Assembly (NCBI GenBank): GCA_964484755.1
Contig: CAZAGH010000001.1
Location: 48,867-110,366 of the forward strand
Source of the DNA: an uncultured Melioribacter sp.
GTDB lineage: Bacteria > Bacteroidota > Ignavibacteria > Kapaibacteriales > Kapaibacteriaceae
DNA: 61,500 nt
Direction of reading: 5' to 3'
In this document: one piece after another, positions 29,473 through 38,135 of the stretch
How the letters are laid out: every line of letters starts with the position of its first letter
Position numbering within the stretch: position 1 is the first letter of the stretch
The notes under the pieces: generated by a model
What the model was told of the DNA's origin: nothing
The model's database searches: none
What the model saw: only the letters and a program-made list of their open reading frames with translations
Program-made: the position numbers and the translations under genes

Positions 29473-31472
29473 AACGCATCCAACTCCTCAGCTTAGTCGT
29501 TGCCATATTCAGCTTGGCGTCATTGCGACTTGATGCTCAAGCACAGAACGCACGTCTTGGTCTGGTCTTACATGGTGGACTAGATCTCCACATGACAGGC
29601 TTTTCTAGAATCCCCGAAGAGGAAAATTGTTGTCCTGAGTTTACAGGCGGACAGGGCTATCTGTTTGGTCTATCTGCGCAGTACCTCGCCCCCCTGTCAA
29701 CGTCACTTGGCATTGATGTTCGAGCTGGGTATTACTCATCTGGTGTTGATCTTACCACAACCGAGTCACAGACATTGTTCGACCGCGGTGTGCGCGTTCC
29801 TGCCTCGATTCAGCATGAACTCAACGTGACTCATGCGATGCTTGGGCTTGATGTACTCGGCAGATACACGCTCAGCAAACAGATGTTTTTGCTCGGTGGC
29901 GTGACCATGGGATACAACCTTTCCGGAACGTATTCGCAGGCAGAGCGACTGTTGACACCAGGTAATGCAACGTTCGAAAACAACCAACGACTGCGCAATC
30001 AACGCAGTGGTGACCTCGAGTCACTAAGTGGAGTGTACCTGGGACTTACGACTGGTCTGTCATTTGATCTACCAATGAATGCTGATAACACGGCGTTTAT
30101 CTCTCCCGAATTGTTGATCAGTATCAGTCCTACGAATCTTTTGCAGGAAACATCATGGCTCATACAACGAGCCCGTGCCGGCGTTTCCATCTCATTTATA
30201 CCGCCAGCAATGGAGGACGATCTCAGCGACATCGAACTGTTCGATATCGCGCGTAACTCGCCTCTGCGCTCAGCATCTGAGTCTAAGACTATTCCAATAC
30301 CAACGGTTAGGTTGAGTGGTATCAGCGAAGACGGAACTCCGCTGACAACCTCCGGTGTACGCATCGAAGAGTTTGCGTCAAATCGGATTCGCCCCCTGCT
30401 ACCGTATGTCTTTTTCGATAAGGGCTCGCACATCCTACCGACTCGTTACAGACAGATCGGTAAAGATCAGATCGAGGGCTATTCATTAGAGAATTTCTAC
30501 AACCTTGATGCAATGGTCACCTATTACCAGATGCTCAACATCGTTGGTAAGCGCATGCAGGATAAGCCTGAGGCCACGATAACGTTAACGGGATGCCGTG
30601 ATAAGTCCGAGGATGGTTTAAGCGACGATCTTGCGAAGCGTCGTGCTATTGTCATAAAGTCCTATTTGGTTGATACGTGGGGCGTTGATGGTTCACGTAT
30701 CACGGTTGAAGATCGCGGACTGCCTTCCGTGGCATCCTCATCTGATGATGCGGATGGTGCAGCTGAAAACATGCGTGTTGAAATATCCGCAAGTGATGCA
30801 TCGATTCTCTCACCGGTGGGATCGCGCGATACGATGCGCGTCTTCACACCTGCCGGTATGCGTTTTAGTCCAACTGTGCAACAGGGCGAGCAGGTCAAGT
30901 CATGGACGTTGTTTGTTTCTCAAAACGAGCAGATCATCAAGGTGTTTCATGGCCAAGCAACTCCTCCAGTACAAGTTGATTGGAGACTAGCTGAAACGTC
31001 ACGATTCATTCCTCGTGGAACTAGAAATCTTGAATACATGCTCGTTGTACAAGATTCGGCTGGTGCGATCATACCGAGTGAAGCCGGATCAGTGCAGGTC
31101 TCAGAAGTCCTGCTCTCTGATAAGGCACGCACCGGAGGAACAGACAAGAACATTGATCGGTATTCATTGATATTGTTTGGATTCGACCGTGCCGATGTTT
31201 CTGCTGATAATCAGAGATTGGTAAGTGAGATCAAGAAGTCTATCACATCGCGTTCTACGGTCAAGGTCGTTGGTTACTCCGACCGTGTTGGTGATGCTGC
31301 GTATAACCTGAGCCTTAGTGAGAAGCGTGCAAAGGCTGTAGCTAGTGCTTTGGGAACGGAGAGAACTTCAACCCAGGGTCTCGGTGAATCACTACCATTG
31401 TATGACAATGATACTCCGGAAGGCCGATTCTACTCCAGAACAGTCGAGGTAGTTGTGGAGACTCCGCGGTAG
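29469..31472 (+). CDS. outer-membrane protein: beta-barrel-like domain plus two OmpA_C-like domains (667 aa), paralogue of 22999-25035
   Basis: The ATG overlaps the upstream stop (ATGA). Signal peptide MKRIQLLSLVVAIFSLASLRLDAQA. It shares these blocks with the other copy: CCPEFTGG, LLPYVFFDKGSHILPTRY, DRYSLILFGFD and TPEGRFYSRTVEVVV. Confidence 0.75.
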   Translation: MKRIQLLSLVVAIFSLASLRLDAQAQNARLGLVLHGGLDLHMTGFSRIPEEENCCPEFTGGQGYLFGLSAQYLAPLSTSLGIDVRAGYYSSGVDLTTTESQTLFDRGVRVPASIQHELNVTHAMLGLDVLGRYTLSKQMFLLGGVTMGYNLSGTYSQAERLLTPGNATFENNQRLRNQRSGDLESLSGVYLGLTTGLSFDLPMNADNTAFISPELLISISPTNLLQETSWLIQRARAGVSISFIPPAMEDDLSDIELFDIARNSPLRSASESKTIPIPTVRLSGISEDGTPLTTSGVRIEEFASNRIRPLLPYVFFDKGSHILPTRYRQIGKDQIEGYSLENFYNLDAMVTYYQMLNIVGKRMQDKPEATITLTGCRDKSEDGLSDDLAKRRAIVIKSYLVDTWGVDGSRITVEDRGLPSVASSSDDADGAAENMRVEISASDASILSPVGSRDTMRVFTPAGMRFSPTVQQGEQVKSWTLFVSQNEQIIKVFHGQATPPVQVDWRLAETSRFIPRGTRNLEYMLVVQDSAGAIIPSEAGSVQVSEVLLSDKARTGGTDKNIDRYSLILFGFDRADVSADNQRLVSEIKKSITSRSTVKVVGYSDRVGDAAYNLSLSEKRAKAVASALGTERTSTQGLGESLPLYDNDTPEGRFYSRTVEVVVETPR

Positions 31473-31475
31473 TGC

Positions 31476-32582
31476 ATGAAGATCCTTGTATTCAATTGGC
31501 AGGATAGACTGCACCCTCAGGCCGGCGGTGCTGAAGCACATCTGCATGAAATCTTTTCAAGACTCGTGGCAAGGGGCCATGAGGTCCACTTGGTTACCTG
31601 CTCGTTTGATGGCGCTGCCGAGACGGAGATTCTTGATGGCATGCGCGTATATCGCATTGGCTCAAGGTCGACGTATAACCTGCATGTTCCGATTTGGTGG
31701 CATCGCATTGGTAAGGGGCTAGGAGTTGATGTCGTAGTAGATGACATCAACAAGATTCCTTTGATGACGCCGCTCTATATCAAGAAGCCCATTGTGGCAC
31801 TTGTACATCATCTGTTTGGTTCAAGCATATTTCATGAAGCTAGTCTTCCAGCGGCATTGTATGTCAACATCGCCGAGCGTTGTTTGCCATTCGTGTATCG
31901 ATCGACACCAATGGCTACCGTCTCTGAGAGTACCCGGCAAGATTGTATTGCGAAAGGACTTCATGCTTCGCGATTATCCCTTATTTACAATGGTATAGAT
32001 GCGGCCGAGTATCCGATGCAGGTAACTCAGAAAGCCCCCTATCCGGTGATCTCCTACTTTGGTAGACTCAAGGCGTATAAATCTGTTGACCATGTTATTC
32101 GTGCGTTTGCCGGTTTGCGACAGCACGAGCAAGCTGCTCGTTTGTGGATCATTGGTAAGGGCGACGATGAACAGCGGCTTAGGGACATTGCTAGACAACT
32201 GGGTGTTAGCGAGGCTATCGACTTCCATGGATTTGTCGATCAATCAACCAAGATTCGCCTTCTCTCGCAAAGCTGGATCGTCGTGAATTCCTCGATCAAG
32301 GAAGGTTGGGGCATAACAAACATCGAGTCAAATGCTTGTGGTACACCTGTTGTTTCAGCGGATTCTCCAGGATTGCGCGATTCGGTGAAGATTGACGTAT
32401 CGGGTAAACTCTATCCATATGGCGATATTCGTGCGTTGCAGGAAACACTCCAACAACTCATTGCCGATCAGGACGAGCTGCATCGACTCTCTCAAGGTGC
32501 GGTTGATTGGGCATCTCAGTTTTCGTGGGATCAAAGCACTACGGAAATGGAATCACTTCTCAAGAAATGTATAGACTCGTAA
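31476..32582 (+). CDS. GT4-family (GT-B, RfaG-like) glycosyltransferase (368 aa)
   Basis: N-terminus MKILVFNWQD..HP.AGGAE and C-terminal donor-binding region (VVNSSIKEGWGITNIESNACGTPVV). Starts 3 nt after the upstream stop. Confidence 0.8.
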   Translation: MKILVFNWQDRLHPQAGGAEAHLHEIFSRLVARGHEVHLVTCSFDGAAETEILDGMRVYRIGSRSTYNLHVPIWWHRIGKGLGVDVVVDDINKIPLMTPLYIKKPIVALVHHLFGSSIFHEASLPAALYVNIAERCLPFVYRSTPMATVSESTRQDCIAKGLHASRLSLIYNGIDAAEYPMQVTQKAPYPVISYFGRLKAYKSVDHVIRAFAGLRQHEQAARLWIIGKGDDEQRLRDIARQLGVSEAIDFHGFVDQSTKIRLLSQSWIVVNSSIKEGWGITNIESNACGTPVVSADSPGLRDSVKIDVSGKLYPYGDIRALQETLQQLIADQDELHRLSQGAVDWASQFSWDQSTTEMESLLKKCIDS

Positions 32583-34519
32583 CATTCATCGTTGTCGTAT
32601 GTACCCTATTGTCAACTGCGGCTTTGGGGCAGCCCCTGCGTGATAGCAAGGGACAAGATTTCTGGTTAGCAGTACCACCCAACGACCATATTTCTGGATT
32701 GTCCGCTGATCCTGCCATCGTCGCAATCTTCGTTGCAACCTCACAAGCATGCCAGGTAGATGTCGATGCTCGACGGCGTGATGGTACTGTTGATCGATTT
32801 TCAGTTCCTGTTCCAGCAAATGTTGTCTGGCAGTTTCGCTTGACAGCCGATCTCTACGAGCTACGAGGCGCAAATCAGATCGGTCAGCTTGGCCAGGATG
32901 ATGAGCGTCCCAACCCGGCAAGCATACATGTGCGATCGACTGCCGATGTAACGGTCTATGCATGTATGCGCGACGATAACACCAGCGATGCATGGCTCGT
33001 GTTACCCACCGATGCGTTGTCGGATGAATATCTCATTTCAACTTACGCTTCCGATGCAACAGGCTCAACGGCATATCCGAGTCAGTTTGTCGTGGTTGCC
33101 ACTGAAGACTCAACCGTGGTCAACATCGACCTCAGTGTCGATCGTTCAGCACGCACAAACGGCTCTCAACGCACCGTCATTCTTAATACTGGCGAGTCAT
33201 ACCTTGTGCAGGCTCGCGTATCCAATGGTCGAACCAATGATGATCTCACGGGGTCAAGAATTCGAGCTTCAAAGCCTGTCGTCGCTATAGCTTCTCACCG
33301 ACGTGCGCAGGTTCCGATCTTGACGTCGTCTGCAAGTAGAGACTGTCTGGTAGAGCAAATGCCGGGAATTGATACGTGGGGTAAACAGATATTGGTAGCT
33401 CCATTGTCTCCGGCAAGCAATGCACGGCCGTTCAACGACGACGATGTGACAGTATGTCGCATATTAGCCTCACGAGATAGCACGATCGTAACAGTGAATG
33501 GACTAACACCTTGGAGAATCGATGCTGCAAAGTATTGGGATATCCCCTTGGATCGCCCCCTAAACATTGTTGCAACAGAGCCGGTGCTTGTCACAATCAT
33601 TGATCGTAGTGCTAATCGCGGTTCCTTTGGTAACAGTTCACCTGGCGATCCATCGCTTATCGTCGTCCCACCGTTTGAGCAGTTCCTTGATCAATACCGT
33701 GTGGTCACCATCGAGCCTCGCTTGAATGGGAATGCCTTCTACACATCACACTTCATCACGTGTATTGCCCCTACTGCGGCGATTGCGAGTCTTCGCGTAA
33801 ACGGAGCGGCACCAACAGCATCTGTTGCCATTCCCGGCTCTACATTCTCATACACCACCTACAGCGTTTCCTCTGGTAATCACCAGCTAACGTGCGACTC
33901 TGCCTTCGGTGTTATCGTCTACGGCTATGGACCCGCTGAATCCTACGGGTATACCGGTGGTATGGCTTTCCAAAAGTTGTTCGAACCATCACTGCGACTA
34001 CGGGTTACCGATGCGCGCGGGCTAGCTGGTGCGTCAGACACCTTGGCCATTGTGGTCGACAGCATCGACGATGGAGACAATTTTTACCTTTCAGGTGTAC
34101 GCTCCGTGTCGTGTCAGATCTCGTTTGACGGAAGCATCTTCGTGCCGACGAATCAGGATTCCTTGAGTATCACGCAGTCGCGCGTTGTTGTGCATCTTGA
34201 CTTTGCATTCGATACACTGCGCGTTGGTGATACGTTGGGAATGATACGTGGCATTCACACACTTGGCCCGATGGCAAAGACACTCGCCGTTATAGATTCG
34301 ACGAGTTGGTATTCGGAACGGGGCTTTCTGGTGCAGGTTAACACAGAGAAGATACCCGGAGAGATAGAAACACTCGGAATATGCGAGGAACAAGATCGAA
34401 CGCGGTTGTTTGATCCAACCGTCACTCGTCGACCTCGCAGGATGCTTTACGATGTTCTCGGAAGAAAGATTGCGACACCGGTTGATGACCTACCCGTTGG
34501 CGTCTATTTTGAACAATGA
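32567..34519 (+). CDS. secreted IgGFc-binding-protein-N-terminal-like domain protein with a shortened T9SS-tail-like C-terminus (650 aa)
   Basis: The start is trimmed to ATG 32567 (signal MYRLVTFIVVVCTLLSTAALGQP). The family-typical motifs are GQDFWLAVPPN and ASHRRAQVP...CLVEQMPGIDTWGK. The C-terminus (MLYDVLGRKIATPVDDLPVGVYFEQ*) resembles the middle of a Por tail but stops early. Confidence 0.65.
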   Translation: MYRLVTFIVVVCTLLSTAALGQPLRDSKGQDFWLAVPPNDHISGLSADPAIVAIFVATSQACQVDVDARRRDGTVDRFSVPVPANVVWQFRLTADLYELRGANQIGQLGQDDERPNPASIHVRSTADVTVYACMRDDNTSDAWLVLPTDALSDEYLISTYASDATGSTAYPSQFVVVATEDSTVVNIDLSVDRSARTNGSQRTVILNTGESYLVQARVSNGRTNDDLTGSRIRASKPVVAIASHRRAQVPILTSSASRDCLVEQMPGIDTWGKQILVAPLSPASNARPFNDDDVTVCRILASRDSTIVTVNGLTPWRIDAAKYWDIPLDRPLNIVATEPVLVTIIDRSANRGSFGNSSPGDPSLIVVPPFEQFLDQYRVVTIEPRLNGNAFYTSHFITCIAPTAAIASLRVNGAAPTASVAIPGSTFSYTTYSVSSGNHQLTCDSAFGVIVYGYGPAESYGYTGGMAFQKLFEPSLRLRVTDARGLAGASDTLAIVVDSIDDGDNFYLSGVRSVSCQISFDGSIFVPTNQDSLSITQSRVVVHLDFAFDTLRVGDTLGMIRGIHTLGPMAKTLAVIDSTSWYSERGFLVQVNTEKIPGEIETLGICEEQDRTRLFDPTVTRRPRRMLYDVLGRKIATPVDDLPVGVYFEQ

Positions 34520-35097
34520 TCATCGTTTGTCACAAACCCTACGGATATCTTTCGCAGTTTACTCCCGAGCCAGGCAGCTCTTGGAAGACGCTTTCAGAAT
34601 TGCAACTGCCTGCCGACGTGTATCCAGTTGGACGACTTGACGCAGACAGCGAAGGAATGTTGGTACTGAGCGATGAGCGCGAGATTGTCGCCCAACTTCT
34701 CGAACCAGCAAATGGACATCCCAGAACATACTGGGCCCAAGTAGAGCATGCCGCAGATTCAGATTGCTTAAACAATCTCGAGAATGGTGTTGTGATACAA
34801 GGACACAAAACCAGGCCATGCAAGGCTCGGATCATCACAGCGCCAGAAGGACTTGACGAGCGCAACCCTCCGATTCGTCAGCGTAAATCGGTACCTACAT
34901 CTTGGATAGAACTTGAGCTGACAGAGGGTAGGAATCGTCAAGTACGGCGAATGACGGCTGCGGTAGGACACCCCACCTTACGACTCATCCGCGTTAGGAT
35001 TGGAAGTCTTGACCTGAGGAGCCTCAATCTGCGTGTCGGGAGTTGGTGTTCCCTGACGCATGCTCAACGATTGCAGCTTCTTCAACGACCGAAGTGA
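34516..35097 (+). CDS. rluE: RluE/RsuA-family rRNA pseudouridine synthase (193 aa)
   Basis: Contains HKPYGYLSQF and the catalytic Asp motif VGRLDADSEGMLVLSDE, plus EGRNRQVRRM and GHP.LRL.RVRIG. The ATG overlaps the upstream stop (ATGA). Confidence 0.8.
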   Translation: MIIVCHKPYGYLSQFTPEPGSSWKTLSELQLPADVYPVGRLDADSEGMLVLSDEREIVAQLLEPANGHPRTYWAQVEHAADSDCLNNLENGVVIQGHKTRPCKARIITAPEGLDERNPPIRQRKSVPTSWIELELTEGRNRQVRRMTAAVGHPTLRLIRVRIGSLDLRSLNLRVGSWCSLTHAQRLQLLQRPK

Positions 35098-37368
35098 GCG
35101 TCCAATCGAGAATCCAAAGCCGGTAACCATGGCAATCACCCCGATCCACACGAGCGAGATAAGGGGCTTAACCGAGAACTCGACGGTAAACTCTTCTCTG
35201 GCAAAGGGGCGCGGTTTGCTTGCGTCATAGAATGCAAAGGTCCCCTTCGATTTTGACGGGTCTTCATTGTTCCGGTCGATATTGATGAGGCCAACAACAG
35301 TTGAAGTGCCTGGAATGGTCGTCCACTCCGGATCAAACGCCGGTCCATTTGGGCCGGTGGAAATACGTGTTCGTGCCTTGAGTGCAACGACCTCACCATC
35401 TTGTGTAGTTGCTAACAACTTGGCCGACATTTGCATTCTACCGTCTTCCGTTTGCCCTTCCTCCATCGGCATAGTAAACCCGTCTAGCGCGAGTTTGACA
35501 GTCGTGTCAATCGGGACACGAATGCTCGCCCCCTTCTGTACTGTGGTCTCACGAAAGACATCTTCGCGGCCAATATTCTTTGGTGACACGTACAGATCAT
35601 TCGACAATCCCCAGCGAATGCCGGGCTCTAGAAATGGGGATTGACGTTGATTGAAATCGCTCCAATAGAGAACAGGTGCTACTGTGCGACGTTGTCCATC
35701 TTGCTCGATTCGCACGTAGTAGCGGAATTTCTCTCGGTCCTTGAATTCCCTGTCAACTTGCTCCTTACCGAGATACGTCAGCGTATAGGTCCCAACAGTC
35801 ACTGGCTTACCATGCACAAGAACCGCATGGTACGTCTCCGCATACATAGAGGTCGTGATCACCCCGAACATGAGCAGCGTGATACCAACGTGGGAAACAT
35901 ACGCACCCATCATGGCCGGTCCGGCTTTCAAGAGCCGAACGCCGTCTTGCAGATTGATCGCGAACGACAACCAGGCCGCAAAGCCCAATGCTAATGGCCA
36001 GATCTCACGAATTCCAAAGAAGGCCAACACGGCCGTTCCTAATGTAGCTATGCCGGCGGCTACCATGAGACGGCGCACGAAGATAGACTTGCTCGTCGAT
36101 CTCCAACGCGTGATCAATGAAACTGCATTAACGATCAGGATCAACGGCACGAGAACCTGGTGAACCTTGTTGTAAAAGTCTGTCGCAACGGCAACCTTAG
36201 GCATGCCGATGATCTCCATGATTACAGGCCACGACGTACCTATCGTCACGAAGATGGCACTAGCCATGACAAGTGCCGAGCCAATCGAAAGCATGAACTC
36301 ACGGGTCGAGGGTGAGAACTCCTCACGTTGAATGTCCATGCTCTTACGACGTGCTATCACTAAGCCCGTGCCGACTGCAATAAATGTTAGCATGAACAAC
36401 AACAGGATCCAGAAGGCGAATCGACCCGGATCTACGAATGAATGCACTGATGTGTCGCCCAGTACGCCACTTCGCGTTAGAAACGTTGAATACAAGACCA
36501 TGACGAAGCTCATTACAGCCAAGACCATGTTCGTCTTGACAAGTCCACGTGTGCGCTTTTGCACAAGCATGGTGTGAACAAGCGCTACAACAACCAGCCA
36601 AGGTATCAAAGATGAGTTCTCTACCGGATCCCAACCCCAAAAGCCACCCCAACCAAGGGTCTCGTATGCCCAAAAGCCTCCGAGCATGATGCCAAACCCA
36701 AGGATACCCGTAGCAAACAACGTCCACGGTAATGCAATGTCAATCCAGCGATGGTATTCCTTGCGAACAAGTCCAGCCATCGCAAAGGCAAAGCTTACCG
36801 ACATTGAAGCAAAACCCACGAACAGGATTGGCGGATGAATTGTGATCCATGCATTGTGTAAAAGTGGGTTCAGCCCCTTGCCGTTGAGCGGCACGTCGTC
36901 AATTGTTATCCCTTGAGCTGCGAATGACTCGTAGTAATAGGCAAATGGATTCTTGGCAACGAGCAACAGAGTAAGGAAGCTCAAAATGAGACCATAGAAC
37001 ATCATCACAGGCGCCTCATACCCATGTCGCTTTGCGTATGGTTGTAGGGCAAGACCGATAAGTGCCACGAAGAGCGTCCACAGCATGAAACTCCCCTCTT
37101 GACCCGAATAAAAACAGGCAATGAGAAGGTGCAGAGGCAACTCAGTAGACGAGTAGTTCCAGACATAGGTATACTGGAACTGATGCGTGACAATGAGCGT
37201 GATCAGAGCGCCAGCGCAAAGAACCAAGCCACCGGTAAGTATTCGGTAAATCCATCGGGCTATAACCGAGCGCGAATCGTCTGTTGAGGAACGTAACGAC
37301 TGACCATAGAGAACCGTGGTGGCGATGGCCATGCCGAAGAGCGCATGAATTGCGAGTTGCCCTATCAT
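34978..37368 (-). CDS. ccmF: cytochrome c-type biogenesis heme lyase CcmF (796 aa)
   Basis: A polytopic protein with the WWD motif WGGFWGWDPVENSSLIPW and a CcmF_C-like periplasmic C-terminal domain. Its last 40 codons overlap the convergent rluE. Confidence 0.88.
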   Translation of the reverse strand: MIGQLAIHALFGMAIATTVLYGQSLRSSTDDSRSVIARWIYRILTGGLVLCAGALITLIVTHQFQYTYVWNYSSTELPLHLLIACFYSGQEGSFMLWTLFVALIGLALQPYAKRHGYEAPVMMFYGLILSFLTLLLVAKNPFAYYYESFAAQGITIDDVPLNGKGLNPLLHNAWITIHPPILFVGFASMSVSFAFAMAGLVRKEYHRWIDIALPWTLFATGILGFGIMLGGFWAYETLGWGGFWGWDPVENSSLIPWLVVVALVHTMLVQKRTRGLVKTNMVLAVMSFVMVLYSTFLTRSGVLGDTSVHSFVDPGRFAFWILLLFMLTFIAVGTGLVIARRKSMDIQREEFSPSTREFMLSIGSALVMASAIFVTIGTSWPVIMEIIGMPKVAVATDFYNKVHQVLVPLILIVNAVSLITRWRSTSKSIFVRRLMVAAGIATLGTAVLAFFGIREIWPLALGFAAWLSFAINLQDGVRLLKAGPAMMGAYVSHVGITLLMFGVITTSMYAETYHAVLVHGKPVTVGTYTLTYLGKEQVDREFKDREKFRYYVRIEQDGQRRTVAPVLYWSDFNQRQSPFLEPGIRWGLSNDLYVSPKNIGREDVFRETTVQKGASIRVPIDTTVKLALDGFTMPMEEGQTEDGRMQMSAKLLATTQDGEVVALKARTRISTGPNGPAFDPEWTTIPGTSTVVGLINIDRNNEDPSKSKGTFAFYDASKPRPFAREEFTVEFSVKPLISLVWIGVIAMVTGFGFSIGRSLRSLKKLQSLSMRQGTPTPDTQIEAPQVKTSNPNADES

Positions 37369-37718
37369 GGATCAAACCGTTGTGTAGCGTGAAAGTATGG
37401 TGAGCCACCATCATGGACGTGGCCGAGCAGACGGTGCTGTTGTCCAGTTGCAAATGGTGGGTTCGGCGCAGAACCTGTGTATTCCACCCGGAAAACCGTG
37501 CCACGGGCGTCTTGACACTGAAGATCGTGATCTGAATCACAGGCAACAATCTTGGCATCAATTACGACCTTGGGTGCCTGCTCTGATTCCGAGGATGTCG
37601 TCGCGCGCTCAATTGCCTCGATGAACGTAACGTTGTCGGGTTGGCCGTACTGGCTGGCATACCATACAGCAACGGGCACAATGACCAAGGTACCAAGGAT
37701 GAGGATCTTGCGAATCAT
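37365..37718 (-). CDS. membrane-anchored CcmE-like OB-fold protein lacking the heme-binding tail (117 aa)
   Basis: One N-terminal TM (ILILGTLVIVPVAVWY), then a segment (FRVEYTGSAPNPPFATGQQHRLLGHV) that parallels the CcmE core V.V.Y.G..P..F..G. It ends before any H/CxxxY motif. ATGA overlaps occur at both ends. Confidence 0.45.
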   Translation of the reverse strand: MIRKILILGTLVIVPVAVWYASQYGQPDNVTFIEAIERATTSSESEQAPKVVIDAKIVACDSDHDLQCQDARGTVFRVEYTGSAPNPPFATGQQHRLLGHVHDGGSPYFHATQRFDP

Positions 37719-38125
37719 GATGACGCAGCGCCTGTGGGGTGCTGATCGGCTGGTTGTCCTTCATACTTCGACGGACACTTCGTTAGGACCATCGAGGCCT
37801 TGAACGTACCATTCTCCATGCGACCTTTGGCAACAACGCTAACGGCAATTTCAAAGTTGTTGGGCTTGGCTCCAGTGAGCTCAACGGGTACACTCTTGCC
37901 CGACTCGTCCTTCATGGTAAAACGGAAAATATTACTCTGAGGATCATAAGACGAACCGCCTTCTTTCACCCAGGTTCCGACGATCTGCACAGTCTTGCCG
38001 AGCTGTTCGGCACGTTGGACATTTGTGTACTCGATCGAACTGGATCCCAGTGCCGAAAATCCTACATAGGCCAGCACAGCAATCGCCGTTCCGCCGATCA
38101 AGAGCTTCTTTGTCGACCTTGTCAC
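37715..38125 (-). CDS. ccmE: cytochrome c maturation heme chaperone CcmE, CxxxY variant (136 aa from GTG 38125; the ORF extends to ATG 38182)
   Basis: It has a TM anchor (KKLLIGGTAIAVLAYVGF), an OB-fold core and a C-terminal TKCPSKYE motif (Cys at 37775-37777, Tyr at 37763-37765). GTG 38125 avoids a 47-nt overlap with the CcmD-like ORF and follows a GGGGG purine run. Confidence 0.75.
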   Translation of the reverse strand: MTRSTKKLLIGGTAIAVLAYVGFSALGSSSIEYTNVQRAEQLGKTVQIVGTWVKEGGSSYDPQSNIFRFTMKDESGKSVPVELTGAKPNNFEIAVSVVAKGRMENGTFKASMVLTKCPSKYEGQPADQHPTGAASS

Positions 38126-38135
38126 GATAAGCCCC

